Part shown: positions 27,069 through 40,542 of the stretch, piece by piece
Numbering within the stretch: the stretch's first letter is position 1
How the letters are laid out: each line of letters begins with the position of its first letter
DNA from: Yuukianura sp. NJ FZ-2021
Lineage: Eukaryota
Assembly (NCBI GenBank): GCA_046563655.1
Contig: CM102286.1
Location: 1,674,001-1,738,000 of the forward strand
Length of the DNA stretch: 64,000 nucleotides
Reading direction: 5' to 3'
The notes under the pieces: generated by a model
The model's input: only the letters and a program-made list of their open reading frames with translations
Databases searched by the model: none
What the model was told of the DNA's origin: nothing
Made by a program: the position numbers and the translations under genes

Positions 27069-28359
27069 AGACACAAGACACGACGGTAGAGAAGGGGCGT
27101 GGCGTGAGAACCTGTAGATAGTAACGACAAAAGGATATGGGCAAATCGCAAAGATTTGCAAAGAAAGTAGGATGCGATAAAACATAGACGACAGACGTAT
27201 TTAGATAAACGGATTTATTTCATCCAAATCGAAACAAATCTGAGGCTAACTACACGCTTAGAGCATGACAAATTACGTTTGGTTAATTAATAGTTCTGGG
27301 AATTAACCAGCGAAACGATTTACTTCTGCCGATTCCTTTCGTCGGCACGAAGCCAACGGAACGGAGTAGGCATCTCCTCCACCAGTTTCGTTTCTGTTCA
27401 AAGTACTGACGGTAGTCACTACCTGTAATTATGCAACAATGTAAAATGATGAGTAAAACGTATCTATGATTTAGCCTAACAAAGCAGTATTTCTATTAAA
27501 ATAATTGTACAGTACTTACCAAGATATCCATTGCCTTGAAGAATTGTAGGTTCGTCTGATCAAAGTCCCCGATGAATTCAAACACCTTGATTCGGTCTCT
27601 TTCTGTTCAGTTTAATATTGTCGTTTGTAAGATTCCTTCCCGAAGTATGTTAGGTCACCTGGAATGTATCGAACTATTTAAAACAATTAACCTGAAATCG
27701 ATTTTTTGGAATTTGCATGCAAACTTACCACAGATTCGGAACCACGTTGTCTGACTGAAGAGAGTTTTGGTCCCCCTTTTTTGTGCAATACGGAAATGTA
27801 GTGGGGTTGGTCGGGTGATCACATGAAAATCAACACGTCCGCGGGCATGCGCGCGAGAATTTTGACTTTCAAAAATTTCGTAATTTCTCAAGGAATGCTT
27901 TCACCACTTACTTAGCCTTCGGGCTACTTTTTGGAGCTTTATTTTAATAGCTTCGACTTCCACGTTCTAGTTAGCAACAGAGGCCTTGCATTAAATATTG
28001 AAAATCATTGACAAATCGATGTCCTTGGGTTCAATCCTATTGATTTTGGCAAAATTACGAATTCGATACATCCACCCTAATTCAAAACTTATGACTGGAT
28101 CTAGGACATGTCGCTTTTTACTAACACCGTAACTTAGAAATTCTCAAAGTTTCTCTAGAAATTAATAGCTCCTTCAAAGTTGACCTTCGATATATTTTCG
28201 GGTTTTGAATTCCCGGGATTTCGACATAAAGCAGTAAAGCTCCAATGCAGCAACATCCTGAGTGTTGTCAGCAGCATCTTTGTGATTAATTGAAAAAAAA
28301 ATTGAACTGAAGCAATCGTTTTGAAGTTTCGCTGGCTTTTTCGGCATTTTAGTTTAAAA

Positions 28360-29930
28360 ATGCCAAAGTTCAAGAACTTGCTTAGCCACCGAAGTCAGAC
28401 TTACTCCACCCTTGAAGAAGACCATGACAGCGGAAGTGGCGGTAACTCTCAAACTCAACCGGAAGTTGAGCACCCTTGTACTAGCATTTGGAATTCCGTT
28501 TTGGAGAATCTTCGAACCCGGGTAACTGGTTGGGTGGAATTTGATTCGTCCGTTGACATTGGCGAATCCTGTGAAATTGGCGGGAAGCTCCATTTGGATT
28601 TCCATGAAGGGTCAACAACCGATCCCGTGTCAATGGGACTTCTATCTGAATTTGATTCCATTGCTGCAGAACCCACGTCAGCAGTCAAGGGTGCGAAATT
28701 TAAAATTTCAAAGAATCATGTTAATCGGTTAATCACGCTAATTGATTAATCACATGAACATAACCTAAGGTTAGGTTAATCAAGGTTAATAAGGTCATGT
28801 GATTAATCAAGGTTATTAACCTTGACTTTGTTTGCAGGAATTTTAGTCTGTCTGGAACTGAATATTGGCATGTACTTGAAGGGCCACAAGGCCTTCGAAG
28901 CTCAAAACGTTCTGCAGCATGAAGAATGGGCCAACATGTACATCGCTTGGAACCAAGGTACAAATTTTTAAAACAAAACATTGAATTTCATAAAATGACA
29001 ACTTTTTTCCATTTTTGAAAAAGACATCGAAAATGCACTTTCTGAAAACGAAAGTTGGACAGAGGACGTCGTTTTCAAAACTGACCGCTCCCTTCCAGCA
29101 ACGATGAATGAAACTGACTTTAACATCAGCTACCAGGTCACAGTTCACTGTCTTCTAGGCATTCCAGAACCACAAATAATCAAACTGCTTCTGCGCAACG
29201 CCTCCAACTTCCTGGTCACCAGCAAAAAACTTACTCTGACTTCCGGTCATGGTCAAATCATGGATCCATCCAGAGCGATCAACTTAGATCATGCCATTGG
29301 AATCACTGGCAAACTGAAACTCGATTTGCCAAAATCCGAATACTTGTTTGGAGAAGTGATTCTTTTTGGTCTCTGCATCTATACGTTCTTGGTGAACAAA
29401 TTTGCCGCGAAAACAATAAAAGTGGAGCTAATTCAAAGAATTACGAAGAGAATTCGGAGACTGGAAGAATCGAGTGACCGAGCACTGGGCACAGTGACAA
29501 AGTTAATTGAAGAAGATCTGTTGAAAGGGAAGGAATGGAAGTGGCAAGACGAGATCAATGTCGCCATGGTCACTGGAGCACAACCGTCCATGCGCTATCT
29601 GTCCTTCGAAATACGTCATCTACTTCAAGTAATGTTTTGAATTGTGAACCTGTGATGTCAGAATTTTAAATTTAGTGTTTGGGATAAATTACGCTTTTGT
29701 AGATAACAATTTTCAACATTTCTGGAGAAATTGCTTATAAAAGCGAAACTAACGTTATCATTGGGACAGCTAAGAAAAGTTTGGACTGGAACAACGATTT
29801 GAAAGCCGACGAGGATAACTTAACTGAGAATGCAGAATACAACGATCCAATTGAAGATGCGGAGGAGGTTGATGGGGCCGGTGCGATCTGGGGAGGAATA
29901 CATGCGCATTTTGTGCGGAAGCGTCTGTAA
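28360..29930 (+). CDS. Divergent arrestin-domain-containing protein, 4 exons
   Basis: IGGKLHLDF, FKTDRSLPATMNETDFNISYQVTV, KLDLPKSEYLFGE, VELIQRI, QPS...FEIRHLLQITI and NVIIGT match the arrestin N/C pattern. Confidence 0.7.
28742..28811. repeat. Short intronic palindrome with TAACCTAAGGTTAGGTTA core
   Basis: TTGATTAATCACATGA...TCATGTGATTAATCAA, 16-bp inverted arms. Confidence 0.75.
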
Positions 29931-30525
29931 TGGTTGTGGCATTGGCAGAACATTATCCCGACTTTTTAATTTGGCATGCTCTAGTATGTGTTATTTTTAC
30001 AAAAAGGGATAAAACAAATTACGAATTTCTCACGGTCTCCGCAATTCGAAAACGTGCTCTAATAACATTGGAAATGCGTCCGATTGCCTAACTCCACTGT
30101 TTTTATAATTACTGGGTAGTCAATTTACATTGAACTTGCATTTGCCTGAGTATAGGTTATATCAGCTTTACCCTAGTAGATATAAGCTTTGAGTATCCTG
30201 TTTTTAGATTTTCAATTGAATACGGCATTGATTGTAGTTAGTCATTAGTCATGGGCAACCATCGCTAGTGACAGCGATTTTTATCTTTAATCACCTGTGT
30301 TATCATCATCAGCTAAACAGGGAATTTGGATATATGCTCTCTTTATTTCAGTGGATTAATTGCTGGTATTTGTTTTAAAAAATTCGGATAATTTCAAACC
30401 AAGCGGATAGTCTCTAAATTTTAATAAGTTTCCCATCACGTAAAATAAAATCACATTGATATTGCATCATGTTGTAAGTATTTGTAGCAGTGATATAAGA
30501 GAAGTTCCATTTCAAGTAGACAGAA

Positions 30526-31833
30526 ATGAACAAGCAAAACGAGCATGTTGGAACAACACTGATTCCTTCTAGTATCGTAAAACATTTGATCGGGAAGGAT
30601 GGGGCGATGATCAGGGTAATCAAAGGCCTTACCGGAACTCGAATCTACTTTGGAACTGGTATGTAAACATTGAAAAAACATTTGCATTGCAACTATTACA
30701 GTACCCTCTCCAACTTATTCCATGTCCAAAATACGAAACAAATTGCAATTGACAAGTACAAAACTCGAACCCGTACACTGGCGGTAAACTGGCAAAATGA
30801 AACATGAAATGACAAATGGGGGCTTTTGCAGTGACAATTTGACCTGAGACATGTAATTTTCTAACCCAAGTGTAGTGCAATTGCAATTTGTTTTGTATTT
30901 TGCACATGAAATAAATTGGAGAGGCTACTGTATTAACAAATGTTAGTTTTACTTCTCTAAAAGTTAGATACCATTTGGCTTAATACCACTGCTCATGGTT
31001 TATTGAAGAATCTCTTTTCAATTCCAAGAATTTATATAAATATTAATTTTGAAAAAAAAATTTTCCGAAAGCTAACAAGACGGATCAAACCGAAGTTATA
31101 GTCAAAAGTAATACACAAAGAAATGTCGCAGAAGCAATTGCTCGTATTAGTAAGTTCCAAACGAAATACGAGGGACAAATCGCAGCTGGGAAATTCAGAG
31201 GATGTCAAAACGATCCTGATTTTTGTAATCCCCTGGGAGATATTGAAGCGGTAGCTTGTTCATCGAAGCAGTTGTCGGGATCGCAAGTCGACAATAAAGA
31301 ATTGAATGACATTCAGCTGAATCCTTCAAAAAATTTGCAAGTTTCCGTTGATAATCTTGGGAATGGTTTATTCAAGTCCATAGTGACTATTCCTGTTCAA
31401 TCCGTGCCTCACTTTTTTGGCAAAGAGGGATGGCGGATTAAGCTGCTTCGGAAGGATACAAACACTTGGATCTTCCCAGTAAATGCAAGTATAACAGAAA
31501 TTGTGTTTAAGCAATTTATTCTTTATTTTAATTTATACCGTGTGCCGAGTTGAGTTTTATTATTCTGATTACATAGCCCCTTGTGATGAAAAATGTTGGA
31601 AACCAGATTCAGAGAAAGACGGAATTACCCGATTTGCCGTAGTGGCTAGAGACGAACGAAATGTCCAGCGAGCAGTTTGCAAAATCAATGGTTTCAAGAC
31701 CGGATTTAGAAAAGGAACTCTTAAGGGGCCGTTGCTTTCCCAGCAAACGGATGATGAACCTAAATCTTGGAAGTTTGACATAAGCGGCCTTGTTGATAGG
31801 CCACCAAATTCGCGTGTAAATACCAAAAAGTAG
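30526..31833 (+). CDS. Protein with two KH-like domains
   Basis: IPSSIVKHLIGKDGAMIRVIKGLTGTRIYF and IPVQSVPHFFGKEGWRIKLLRKDTNTWIF both carry GxxG loops, each followed by a helix (NVAEAIARI, NVQRAVCKI). The start codon is uncertain. Confidence 0.7.
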
Positions 31834-32302
31834 TTGACTGATTTGTTTCTATCTTACTTGAGTTAATACTTCAAACTGGTTGTGGTAGGTTAACGTCTTG
31901 TAGTCAACTTTCAATAGATGCGTTTGAGTAGACGGATAATGATCGCATAAAGGTAACTTGCTTTCCGTATAGATTTATATTTCCTTCTAATAAATGTATT
32001 TTGATTTCAAATATGAAAAACAAGCAAGGAAAAAAAAAGACTTATCGATTTTCGTTTAGTGATACATAGACTCTAATACTTTCTGGATTTTGTAAAATTA
32101 CGCATAGTCGACTTTATTCTCCACAAAATATAACGTGACCTATTTAGTTTAATAAATGAAACTCGGTCATTTTTCCTTTAATACAGTTTTGGTGAAAATC
32201 AAAATCAGCTCTTAACTAATTTCATTTGTTTTAAATATTTAAAAAGTTACAAAGTTATCACAATTTGTACATGGATAAAGTATCACGCATGGTCTCCTTA
32301 CT

Positions 32303-35300
32303 TCATATCAACCTTGAAGCAGAATCTAGGTTTAACGATTTCCAAAATTCAACACGTTCCATAAACGGTGGATTCGTCATGCGTGGAACGTCGTTAACCT
32401 CAAGTACTCGAAGACCTTCAGATGGATTGCTCAGCTCCCACTGAATATTTCCAAACGTTCCTGGATAACTGAATTTGAAATACAAAAAAGTCAAAAATTT
32501 TCTCATCATGATTTGTTATTTGCTTTTGAAATTTACCCATGTTTTGCAAAATTCGCCCAGAGTTTGATAATGGCTGCTGAAAATGGAAAATCTTGAGTTC
32601 CTGGAGCAATCTCTCTTGTGATGAGCGGAATGTTGTAAAAGATTGGCAACTCATCTGCATGGCACACGCCTGTATCAATTGAATTGTTTTTTGTAATACA
32701 AAAGTATAACAAAATTTCCAAAATATGAATTTTTCCACAATATGGAAGGCGCTGCTTTACCATAATGTTTTTGTTCGCCCAGGCGGAAAACGTTTGTTAG
32801 AAACCATTCACGCGTATTTGACAAAAACGCGAAAATTGTGTCCAGAGACGCTGGAAGCGCTCCAGTCATGGAAAACAGAAGATTGGCAAATCCAAATTTT
32901 CCTTTGTAATTGTAGTAGTATGGGTAAACTGGCGCCCATTTCGATTGTAGTCGTACAGCTTCAGTGAATCCTGAAAAATTCGTCACCAACACAATGATTT
33001 TCAAAATTTTGAAAACCTTTCAAATTTTAGAAGTACCTTCAAAAAATTCCCGGTCTGAGAACATGTCCACCGTTTCGTCCAACGTGCTCATGCCAATTTT
33101 GTTACTGTCAAAGTAAAATTTTCGAATTTTCGCGGAAATGACTGTATGATTTGGTTCTTGGTCGTAGTAGAAAACGAGCGGTGCAATTTTGTTCCATTGC
33201 TCATTGACCATTTTCCGTTGTGTTTTGTTTTTAATGGCGTCTAAAATTTCAAATTTTAATTCAACACTCGCACAATTGAAATTTTATGCTTTTTTTCAAA
33301 ATTTTGAACTTACTGGCAGCATAGATGAGTCCCTCTTCCGAATTGACTCCAGCGATCCATGGCACTGGATTTGCAATTTCGCCTTTTTCCAAAAGCCTTC
33401 GGGGATGTTCGGTCAAAAACGATTTCGAGTCGGTCACAATTTCAACTGTTGGAGTAAACAGGGCTAGACGATCTCCCACAAACTCTTTCTAAAATTCAAA
33501 ATTTCTAAAATTCATCAATTTTGAAAATTCAAAATTTGAAAAACCAACATTTTCTAAACCTACAGTATAGTCAACATGCGTTCGGACGATGCTTCTAGCA
33601 CTTCTCGTTTTCAGACATTCGACCATTTCTCGTGTCGTATCAATCGGACAGCTCAGTTTTTCTGCTAAACGCTGCGCTTGTTCTTTCGGTTTGTCTGAAA
33701 TTGCCCATGGATTTAGTGCTGAACCACTTTGGGAAATGGCGCGATGAAATAAACCTAAAAACATGTAACAATTTCAAAATTTCAATAAAAAAATTAGAAA
33801 AATTGCCGTAATTTCTACAATTAAACTTGCCTTTTGACAGAGGCGACAGTGTATGCATGTGGACTGAAGCAGCACCAGCACCTAAAGTAAAGTCAACATT
33901 TCTTAAAAAGTTCAAGTTAAATTTCACTTTATGATCAACGGTCAACGTAAATATCAACCGAAGGTCAAAGGTCAACTTACTTTCTCCCATGAGTGTCACT
34001 CTAGTGTTGTCTCCTCCGAAGTATCCAATGTTATCCTGAATCCATCTCAAGGCCATGCTTTGGTCCTTGAGTCCCATGTTCCCACGGATAAGCCCATCAC
34101 CAGTATTCAAAAATCCTGCAATTGAAACAATAACAAATTCAAACAAGTCAAAGCACGCTCCTGTAATTACTCTATGTAATTCATGTAATTATAAAAGTAA
34201 TTCGTGTAATTTTGTCAAAAACTAGCGTGCCGTCTATTAATTTCAGGTATTTCCCAAACCTACCAAAAGAGGCGAGACGATAATTGAGTGTGACTAGAAC
34301 AACGTCTTCTGACATGAAGTATTTTGGGCGGTAAAAGTTGGACAGACCAGCCATGAAGGCTCCACCTACAAAGTACAAAATAATAATATTAATATAACAT
34401 ATTTCTATACATATAATAATATTTTGCGTAGAAGATGATGCCAGGTTAAGTAGTTTGCATTTTGAAAAATATACTATTGACTTGGAGTTAGTCGATGGTT
34501 TGAGTAATTACATACTGAGAAATATTCATATGTAATTATTTAAAAAAAACAACAATCAAAAAAATAAATTTACCATGAATAAATACCATCACTGGTTTGA
34601 GATTGGCCTGAGAGATTTGATCTTCTTCTAAAACCTACATTTGAAAAAAGTAAAAAATATATTCGTTTTCAAGTTAAGTTGGTTTCAGGAAAAGTTTCTT
34701 TTTTTCAAAAAAAAATTCTCACACTACTTTATAATTTGATTTTTTTGTTGCACATAATAAATTAAAGTAGTCTTGAATTACAAGCGCTGTTTTAGGCACT
34801 GTCCTGTTTTATTTTTGTTTACTATACGTGAGAAGCTCATTTGTGGAAAGAAGAGGCAGTAATTTTTTTCTTTCTTTTTTTTTGGAAAAAAGAAAATTTT
34901 GAGTGAAACGGTGGGAATTTTCGGAAAATTGAAATTGATTATGACAGAATAATGTCGGTTTTTATATAATTGTGGTATAATTGTGTACGTGGCAGAGTAA
35001 AATTTATTGCTGGAATATAAAAAAGGAATCACGGAACGTGTACTTAATTGGAATTTTGAGGAAAGTTTTTGTGTGAAGGCGTTTGCTTCCTGATCCTGAG
35101 TATTTTTTTTTGCTTATTCGTGCAAAACCCAACTCTACATGTAAATCGACATATCATTTTCTTCCTTTATATTCTTGTTTACTAAACTAAAGTAAACTTT
35201 TTTTTGCGTGGTACCTGATGAGTAAAGACATTCAGGAAGAGACAATCTTCGTCTCCTTGAACAGTTCGCGAAAATCTTTCAAATTGCCAACATCTCGGGC

Positions 35301-36143
35301 CATAACGTAAAGCGTCACGGATTCCAAACCACGTTTCCGGTGGAACCGGTGGCTACAAAAGAAACAACCAAAAATTTCAATTTCGACCAACATTTTACAA
35401 CATAACCACAAAGTACGCCATAAATTTTCAAAATCACTCAAATTTTAGCGTACAATTTACAAAAGAACTCCAATTTCAACAAAGATTTTAGAAAATAATC
35501 CACAATTTCGAGCGAAAACGCTGAAAAAAAAATTAAAATTTCGTCCAAGGCTGAAGAATTCTTAAAAGCTTTGGGCAAAACTTGAAAAATTACTAAAACT
35601 TTTTTCCAAAAATGACAGCTTTCCATTTTGGCAAAATGAAAAACAAAGCGGCACTTACCATAAACACAAAAATTGCACCAGAATTACTAAAAATTGAAAT
35701 TAGTATTTGGAAATGTAAAGAAGAAAAAATGAAATTCTCAAACAATGAAAATGTTTGAAACTGCATCGAGGTCACCTTAAAATCACTTTGACGTTACAAA
35801 TTATTTGGAAATTACTTTGAAATAAGAACGAAATAGTTCGTGATGGTTGGGTAATTTGAGTAATTTGTAAGAGACAAAAACAAGAGAAGTAATTGACACT
35901 GACCTCAAAACGTAGGTCTCCAACAGGAGGAGTGGCATAAGGAACACCCAGAAACTCGTAGAAAATTCGTCCATTTCGCGCCGTACTTTTTGAACCACGA
36001 AGTTGTCCATAATTTGTGTCCGCAACGACAGTTGACCCCGGCAGTTCCGCAATGTGATTAATCGTATTGTAGAGACCAAGGACTGAACCAAGCAGCAGCG
36101 CCACTGGCTGCACCCTTCTTGATCTACTTAGTCTTCGTGCCAT
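32303..36143 (-). CDS. Type-B carboxylesterase, paralog 2
   Basis: [39 protein letters not shown], spliced GESAG, NSEEG and CHADEL. Confidence 0.93.
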
Positions 36144-36939
36144 AGTTCAACTAAATTTTGAAAAAGTCACCGCCAAAATTCAAAAACTTTTCCAATTGGA
36201 CAAATTTAGGACGTCCTTGCAGTCATCCTTGACTACAAAAAGTATCACCAAGAAACAGAAAATTTAGCTAAACTGAGAGAGTAGGTTAACCTCAACTCCT
36301 CATCAACTAAAAAACCTAACTGTTTACTCACTCAAGTTCTTAACGTGACTACACCTTTGCAAATTTTTGCAAACTTTGCAAAAACGAGCAGCCTGATTTG
36401 ATTGTTGCGCGAATTTTTTTGCAAAGTCGAAAGTGGTCGTGCAGGTACAATCAAGATAGTCTTTGGGCATAGTTCCTAAGAACAACTTTTGTTGTGTGAA
36501 AAAATACAACGAGGGGGCTCGTAATCCGTAAAATTTTGCATGAATTTTTATACACTTAAGTAAAAACGTAAATAAATGACGTGTCAAAGGTATTTCTGAG
36601 AAGATGCATATAAATGGAAGTAATTTCTCAATCTGCACACAATTTGGATGTGAATAACCTTGTAAAGATTAACGTAAAAAGTACTAAACTAACAAACTGG
36701 TGTGGAAATTCAGTAAAATTTTCAGTAGTTTCAACACTCTTCATTACTGTCCAACTGACAAACGTACGCATGCGCAAAGTCACGAAATCAAAACGCCAAA
36801 TCAATTGCGTTTAAGAATTTATTAAAAACAAAAGACTTAAGTAATGCGTAGTGACTTCCGACCTTGCATTACAAAATTGTCACGCTAAATTTCGAAACGC
36901 TCAACAAAACATAACTTTTGAAATTTTGTTTTTGAAAAA

Positions 36940-37571
36940 CTAAAATTGTGAAATGTCGTTAGTCTCGTGGTAGTCTTCATTAAAGTAGCACATGCACGAA
37001 CAAATTGAACCATTTGTATTATTTTCTGCAGTTTCAACATTTCCCGCCAAATTTTTGGTCAAAACTGGACAAATCGTTCCAATGTAAGTAAAAACGTCGG
37101 GGTTTGGATTCTTTGTTTCGCAGTACAAATTGCATTCCGAATCAGGATCTCTCACACAATTCTCTCTCGGAACCTGATTCAAAAATCAAAATTTTAAATC
37201 TCCATTTTTTTTTTTTGGAATTTTCACTCACATCTCTGCAATCACAGATGCAATTGCCGCTGCTACTTTCGCAAAATGTCGCCGAGTACGACATGTTCAA
37301 CCTGTCTTCGTTGCAAGCACGTTGACAAATATTTTTGTCCGCACTGAGATTGCAATTCACAAGATCATCGGCCCCAGTCAACATAGATGCAATCTACAAA
37401 CATCCAAAAAGTGAAGCCCAAATTAACAAAAAACGAAATTGCAGAATTTGGAGAAAAAAAGTTTCTGTTAAAAAAAACTGACTTTATTTGGTTTTCTTTC
37501 TAGAAAGTTCTAGAAATGTTTACCTTCAACAGAACAGCAAGGACAGCAATTGCAGCAACCGTGAAATTCAT
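36940..37571 (-). CDS. Secreted 147-aa Cys-rich protein with two CS-alpha/beta-like repeats, 3 exons
   Basis: Signal MNFTVAAIAVLAVLLK; exons 37393-37232 and 37173-36940 each carry C..CxxxC...C...CxCxC. Confidence 0.75.
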
Positions 37572-37977
37572 GCTGCTTCAGTGTAATTTTTTTTTGCGTA
37601 AACTAAACTTTTTGCGTAAAATAAACTGTAAACAGATCTTTTGTGCTATGCTGCGTAACTATTGCAATGTACTATTGAGGTTATGTTTTGAATCCACAAG
37701 TTTCCAAGTGCTAATTGTAAACAACTTTCACAACAACACAAGTTGAACTGAAATGAAGCTTTAAGTGCAAATGTGAATGTGAAGATTACCAAAAATAGTA
37801 AACAGAATCGTCAAAAAAGGTTTTCAGAAACAGACGGTAGGATTCAAATTGAATTTGGAGCGTAAATTTAGCAGATTAGACACTACAAGAAATGTCAAGA
37901 AGAACATAAAAATTTTGGAAATAGGGTTTGCACATAAGTTTTTTAAATTTTAATTTTGTGTATACGTTACTTTTTCA

Positions 37978-38948
37978 TCAACCAAATAGGTTTCCACTAG
38001 CTATCTCAGCTATTTTCTTGCGTGACTTTTCTCTTGCCGCATCTGATTCAGCTTTTTCATGTCCACTGTTTTCTAGTTTGTATTTTTTGGAAGGTTGTTT
38101 GACATTTGCCCCTTTTTCAACAACAGTCAGTGTACCCCACATCCCTCCAGCACAATTAGTACTTGTCTTTCCTGTTGTTTCACAGTGGTACGTCACATTC
38201 TCCTGTAAAAGTATCAAAAAACAGCACATTTGACTTTCGGCCAAACTTGACTTTTTCGGCCCAATTTGAGATTTTCGGCCTAATCTGACCTTTTCGACCC
38301 AATTTGACATTTTCGGCCAAACGTAACCTTTTCGGTACAATTTGACTTTTTTGGCCTAATTTGACCTTTTCTGTACAATCTGACCTTTTCGGCCGAATTT
38401 GACCTTTGAATTTAAAAGTTTCTTACGCACGACTTTTGTAAATGTCTGTTTCCACACATATCCAGATTCCTGATAGCCCGAATGGAAAATGTCCAATTTC
38501 TTTTTTTCTTCTTCATCCACCCATTTGCATTTCTCTGCCAGGCTGACTGATTTGGTCACCGTGTGAGGCACTATGCTATTGGACATTGCAGCAAGTTCAG
38601 TATCTTGAAATGCCCCTGGAGGTCAAAGGTCAAAGCTACTTGAGTAATATGTGGCAAAATAAGATTTAAAATGGCCTTGATTCACATTTGAAGACGACTG
38701 TGTCACCAACGTTGATTTCTTGATGTTTAGGGTCATATGTCAGTCCAGGTCCAACTATCACTACTACCTCATCTCCTTGTACTGTCCCTGTGTATAAATA
38801 TATTTCGTAAACTAATTAGTATTGACAATTTATGACTTTATTTATTACTTAATTAAATATGTAGATCAATAAAGTAGTTAGAGAACTCACACAAGTTGAT
38901 TCCAGTCATCAAGGTGATCCATACCAAAGAAAATGTGCTTGACAGCAT
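37978..38948 (-). CDS. Secreted single-domain cupredoxin (plastocyanin-like), copy A, 4 exons
   Basis: Signal peptide; VIVGPGLTYDPKHQEINVGDTVVFKW, PHTVT, FHSG and YHCETTGKTSTNCAGGMWGTLTV. Confidence 0.82.
38229..38408. repeat. About 20-bp intronic minisatellite (TTTGACCTTTTCGGCCCAA-like)
   Basis: About 9 degenerate tandem copies in intron 3 of cupredoxin A. Confidence 0.85.
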
Positions 38949-39529
38949 AGCTCAAGAAATTCAGACAACCGCAAGCGAAAAAGCTGTGCAAGTAAAAAAA
39001 CGTAAGTTTTAAAACCTTGTTTTCGGAAATAAAAAGGCGGCAATTGTTTTCGCTTTTGTTTTGAACCAATAAGAATTGTTCCTTTTATTTCAATGTTGAA
39101 ACGGTGCCATTGAAATTTTTGTGAGTTTTGATTTTACAGTTGAATAGAACTCATAAGGTTTTTGCGATTGAATTTTTATTCAATTTCGAATCCATTTTTG
39201 AAAAATGTTTTATTAAACGTAGAAATAAAAAACAAATAAGTTAAAATTATACTCGACGATTTTATACTGTTTTGTTCAAAAACTAGTGTGACATTGGAAT
39301 GAATTCCGGAACCGAATTAATTTCCGAATTAAAATTTATATTGGTCCACGTAAAATTCTAGCGTCAATGAACTTTTCACAAACAGACGGTATGATTCGAA
39401 ATCCAATTGGAGCATAAGGCTATTTATTGCGCAGATTAGACACTACAGGAAAGGTCTTGAAAAGGTTCCAAATTGTAAAGATAATTTTTGTACAAGTTTT
39501 TGAAATTATGAATTTGTGTATGCGTTTGT

Positions 39530-40542
39530 TCAAAAATCAAAGTCTCCACCAAGTGCTGCAGTTGAGTGCTTGCGTCCTACCGTTCCTGCTTTTTCTGCCT
39601 GAGCATTTGTGGGTCCATCGGCTTCCATTTTGTATTTTCTCGAAGGTTTTTTGACATCTGCCCCTTCTGCAACTACATTCACTGTACCCCACATCCCTCC
39701 TTGACAATTTGTACATGTTATCCCAGTTGTTTCACAGTGGTACGTCACATTCTCCTGTAAAAGTATCAAAAACAACACTTTCAACTTTTTCGGCCTAATT
39801 TGACCTTCTCAATCCAATTTGACCTTTTCGATCCAATTTGACCTTTTCGATCCAATTTGATCTTTTTGGTACAATTTGACCTTTTCGATCCAATTTGACC
39901 TTTTCGATCCAATTTGATCTTTTTGGTACAATTTGACCTTTTTGGTACAATTTGACCCTTTCGGCCCAATTTGAACTTTCCGTACAATTCGAACCTTTTG
40001 GCCCAATTTGCCCTGTGAATTTAAAAATTTACTACGTACCACTTTTGTAAATTTCTGTTTGAAAACATCTCCGGACTCCTTGTACCCTGAATTAAACAAT
40101 TTCCGTTTCTTTTTTTCTTCTTCATCCACATATTTGCATTTCTCTTCGAAACTGACGGATCTGGTCACAGTGTGAGGCACTTTGCCATTCGACATTGTGA
40201 CCGACGGATCAGGACGTCCAGAATCTGGATATGCCCCTGGAGGTCAAAGGTCAAAGTCAGTTGAGCAATTTTTGGCAAAATAAGGTTACAGAATGGCCTT
40301 GATTTACATTTGAAGACAAGCGTGTCACCGACGTTGATTTCTTGATGTTTGGGGTCAAATGTCAGTCCAGGACCAACTATCACTATGACTTCATCCCCTT
40401 GTACTGTCCCTATAAATGTATAAATAAATTTTGTTATGCTAATTATTTAATTAATTGAATATATAAAGTAATTGAAAAACTCACAAAAGTTGGTTTCGCT
40501 CATCAAAGTGATCCATACCAAGCAAAATATTTTGGACAACAT
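39530..40542 (-). CDS. Secreted single-domain cupredoxin (plastocyanin-like), copy B, 4 exons
   Basis: MLSKIFCLVWITLMSETNFWTVQG; VIVGPGLTFDPKHQEINVGDTLVFKW, PHTVT, FNSG and YHCETTGITCTNCQGGMWGTVNV; intron positions are the same as in copy A. Confidence 0.82.
39780..40012. repeat. About 20-bp intronic minisatellite (AATTTGACCTTTTCGATCC-like)
   Basis: About 12 tandem copies in intron 3 of cupredoxin B; the source of the spurious repetitive ORFs there. Confidence 0.88.

Noticed and set aside
39781..40010. Repetitive basic ORFs (KRSNCTKKIKLDRKGQIG)
   Set aside because: Read-through of an intronic 20-bp minisatellite.
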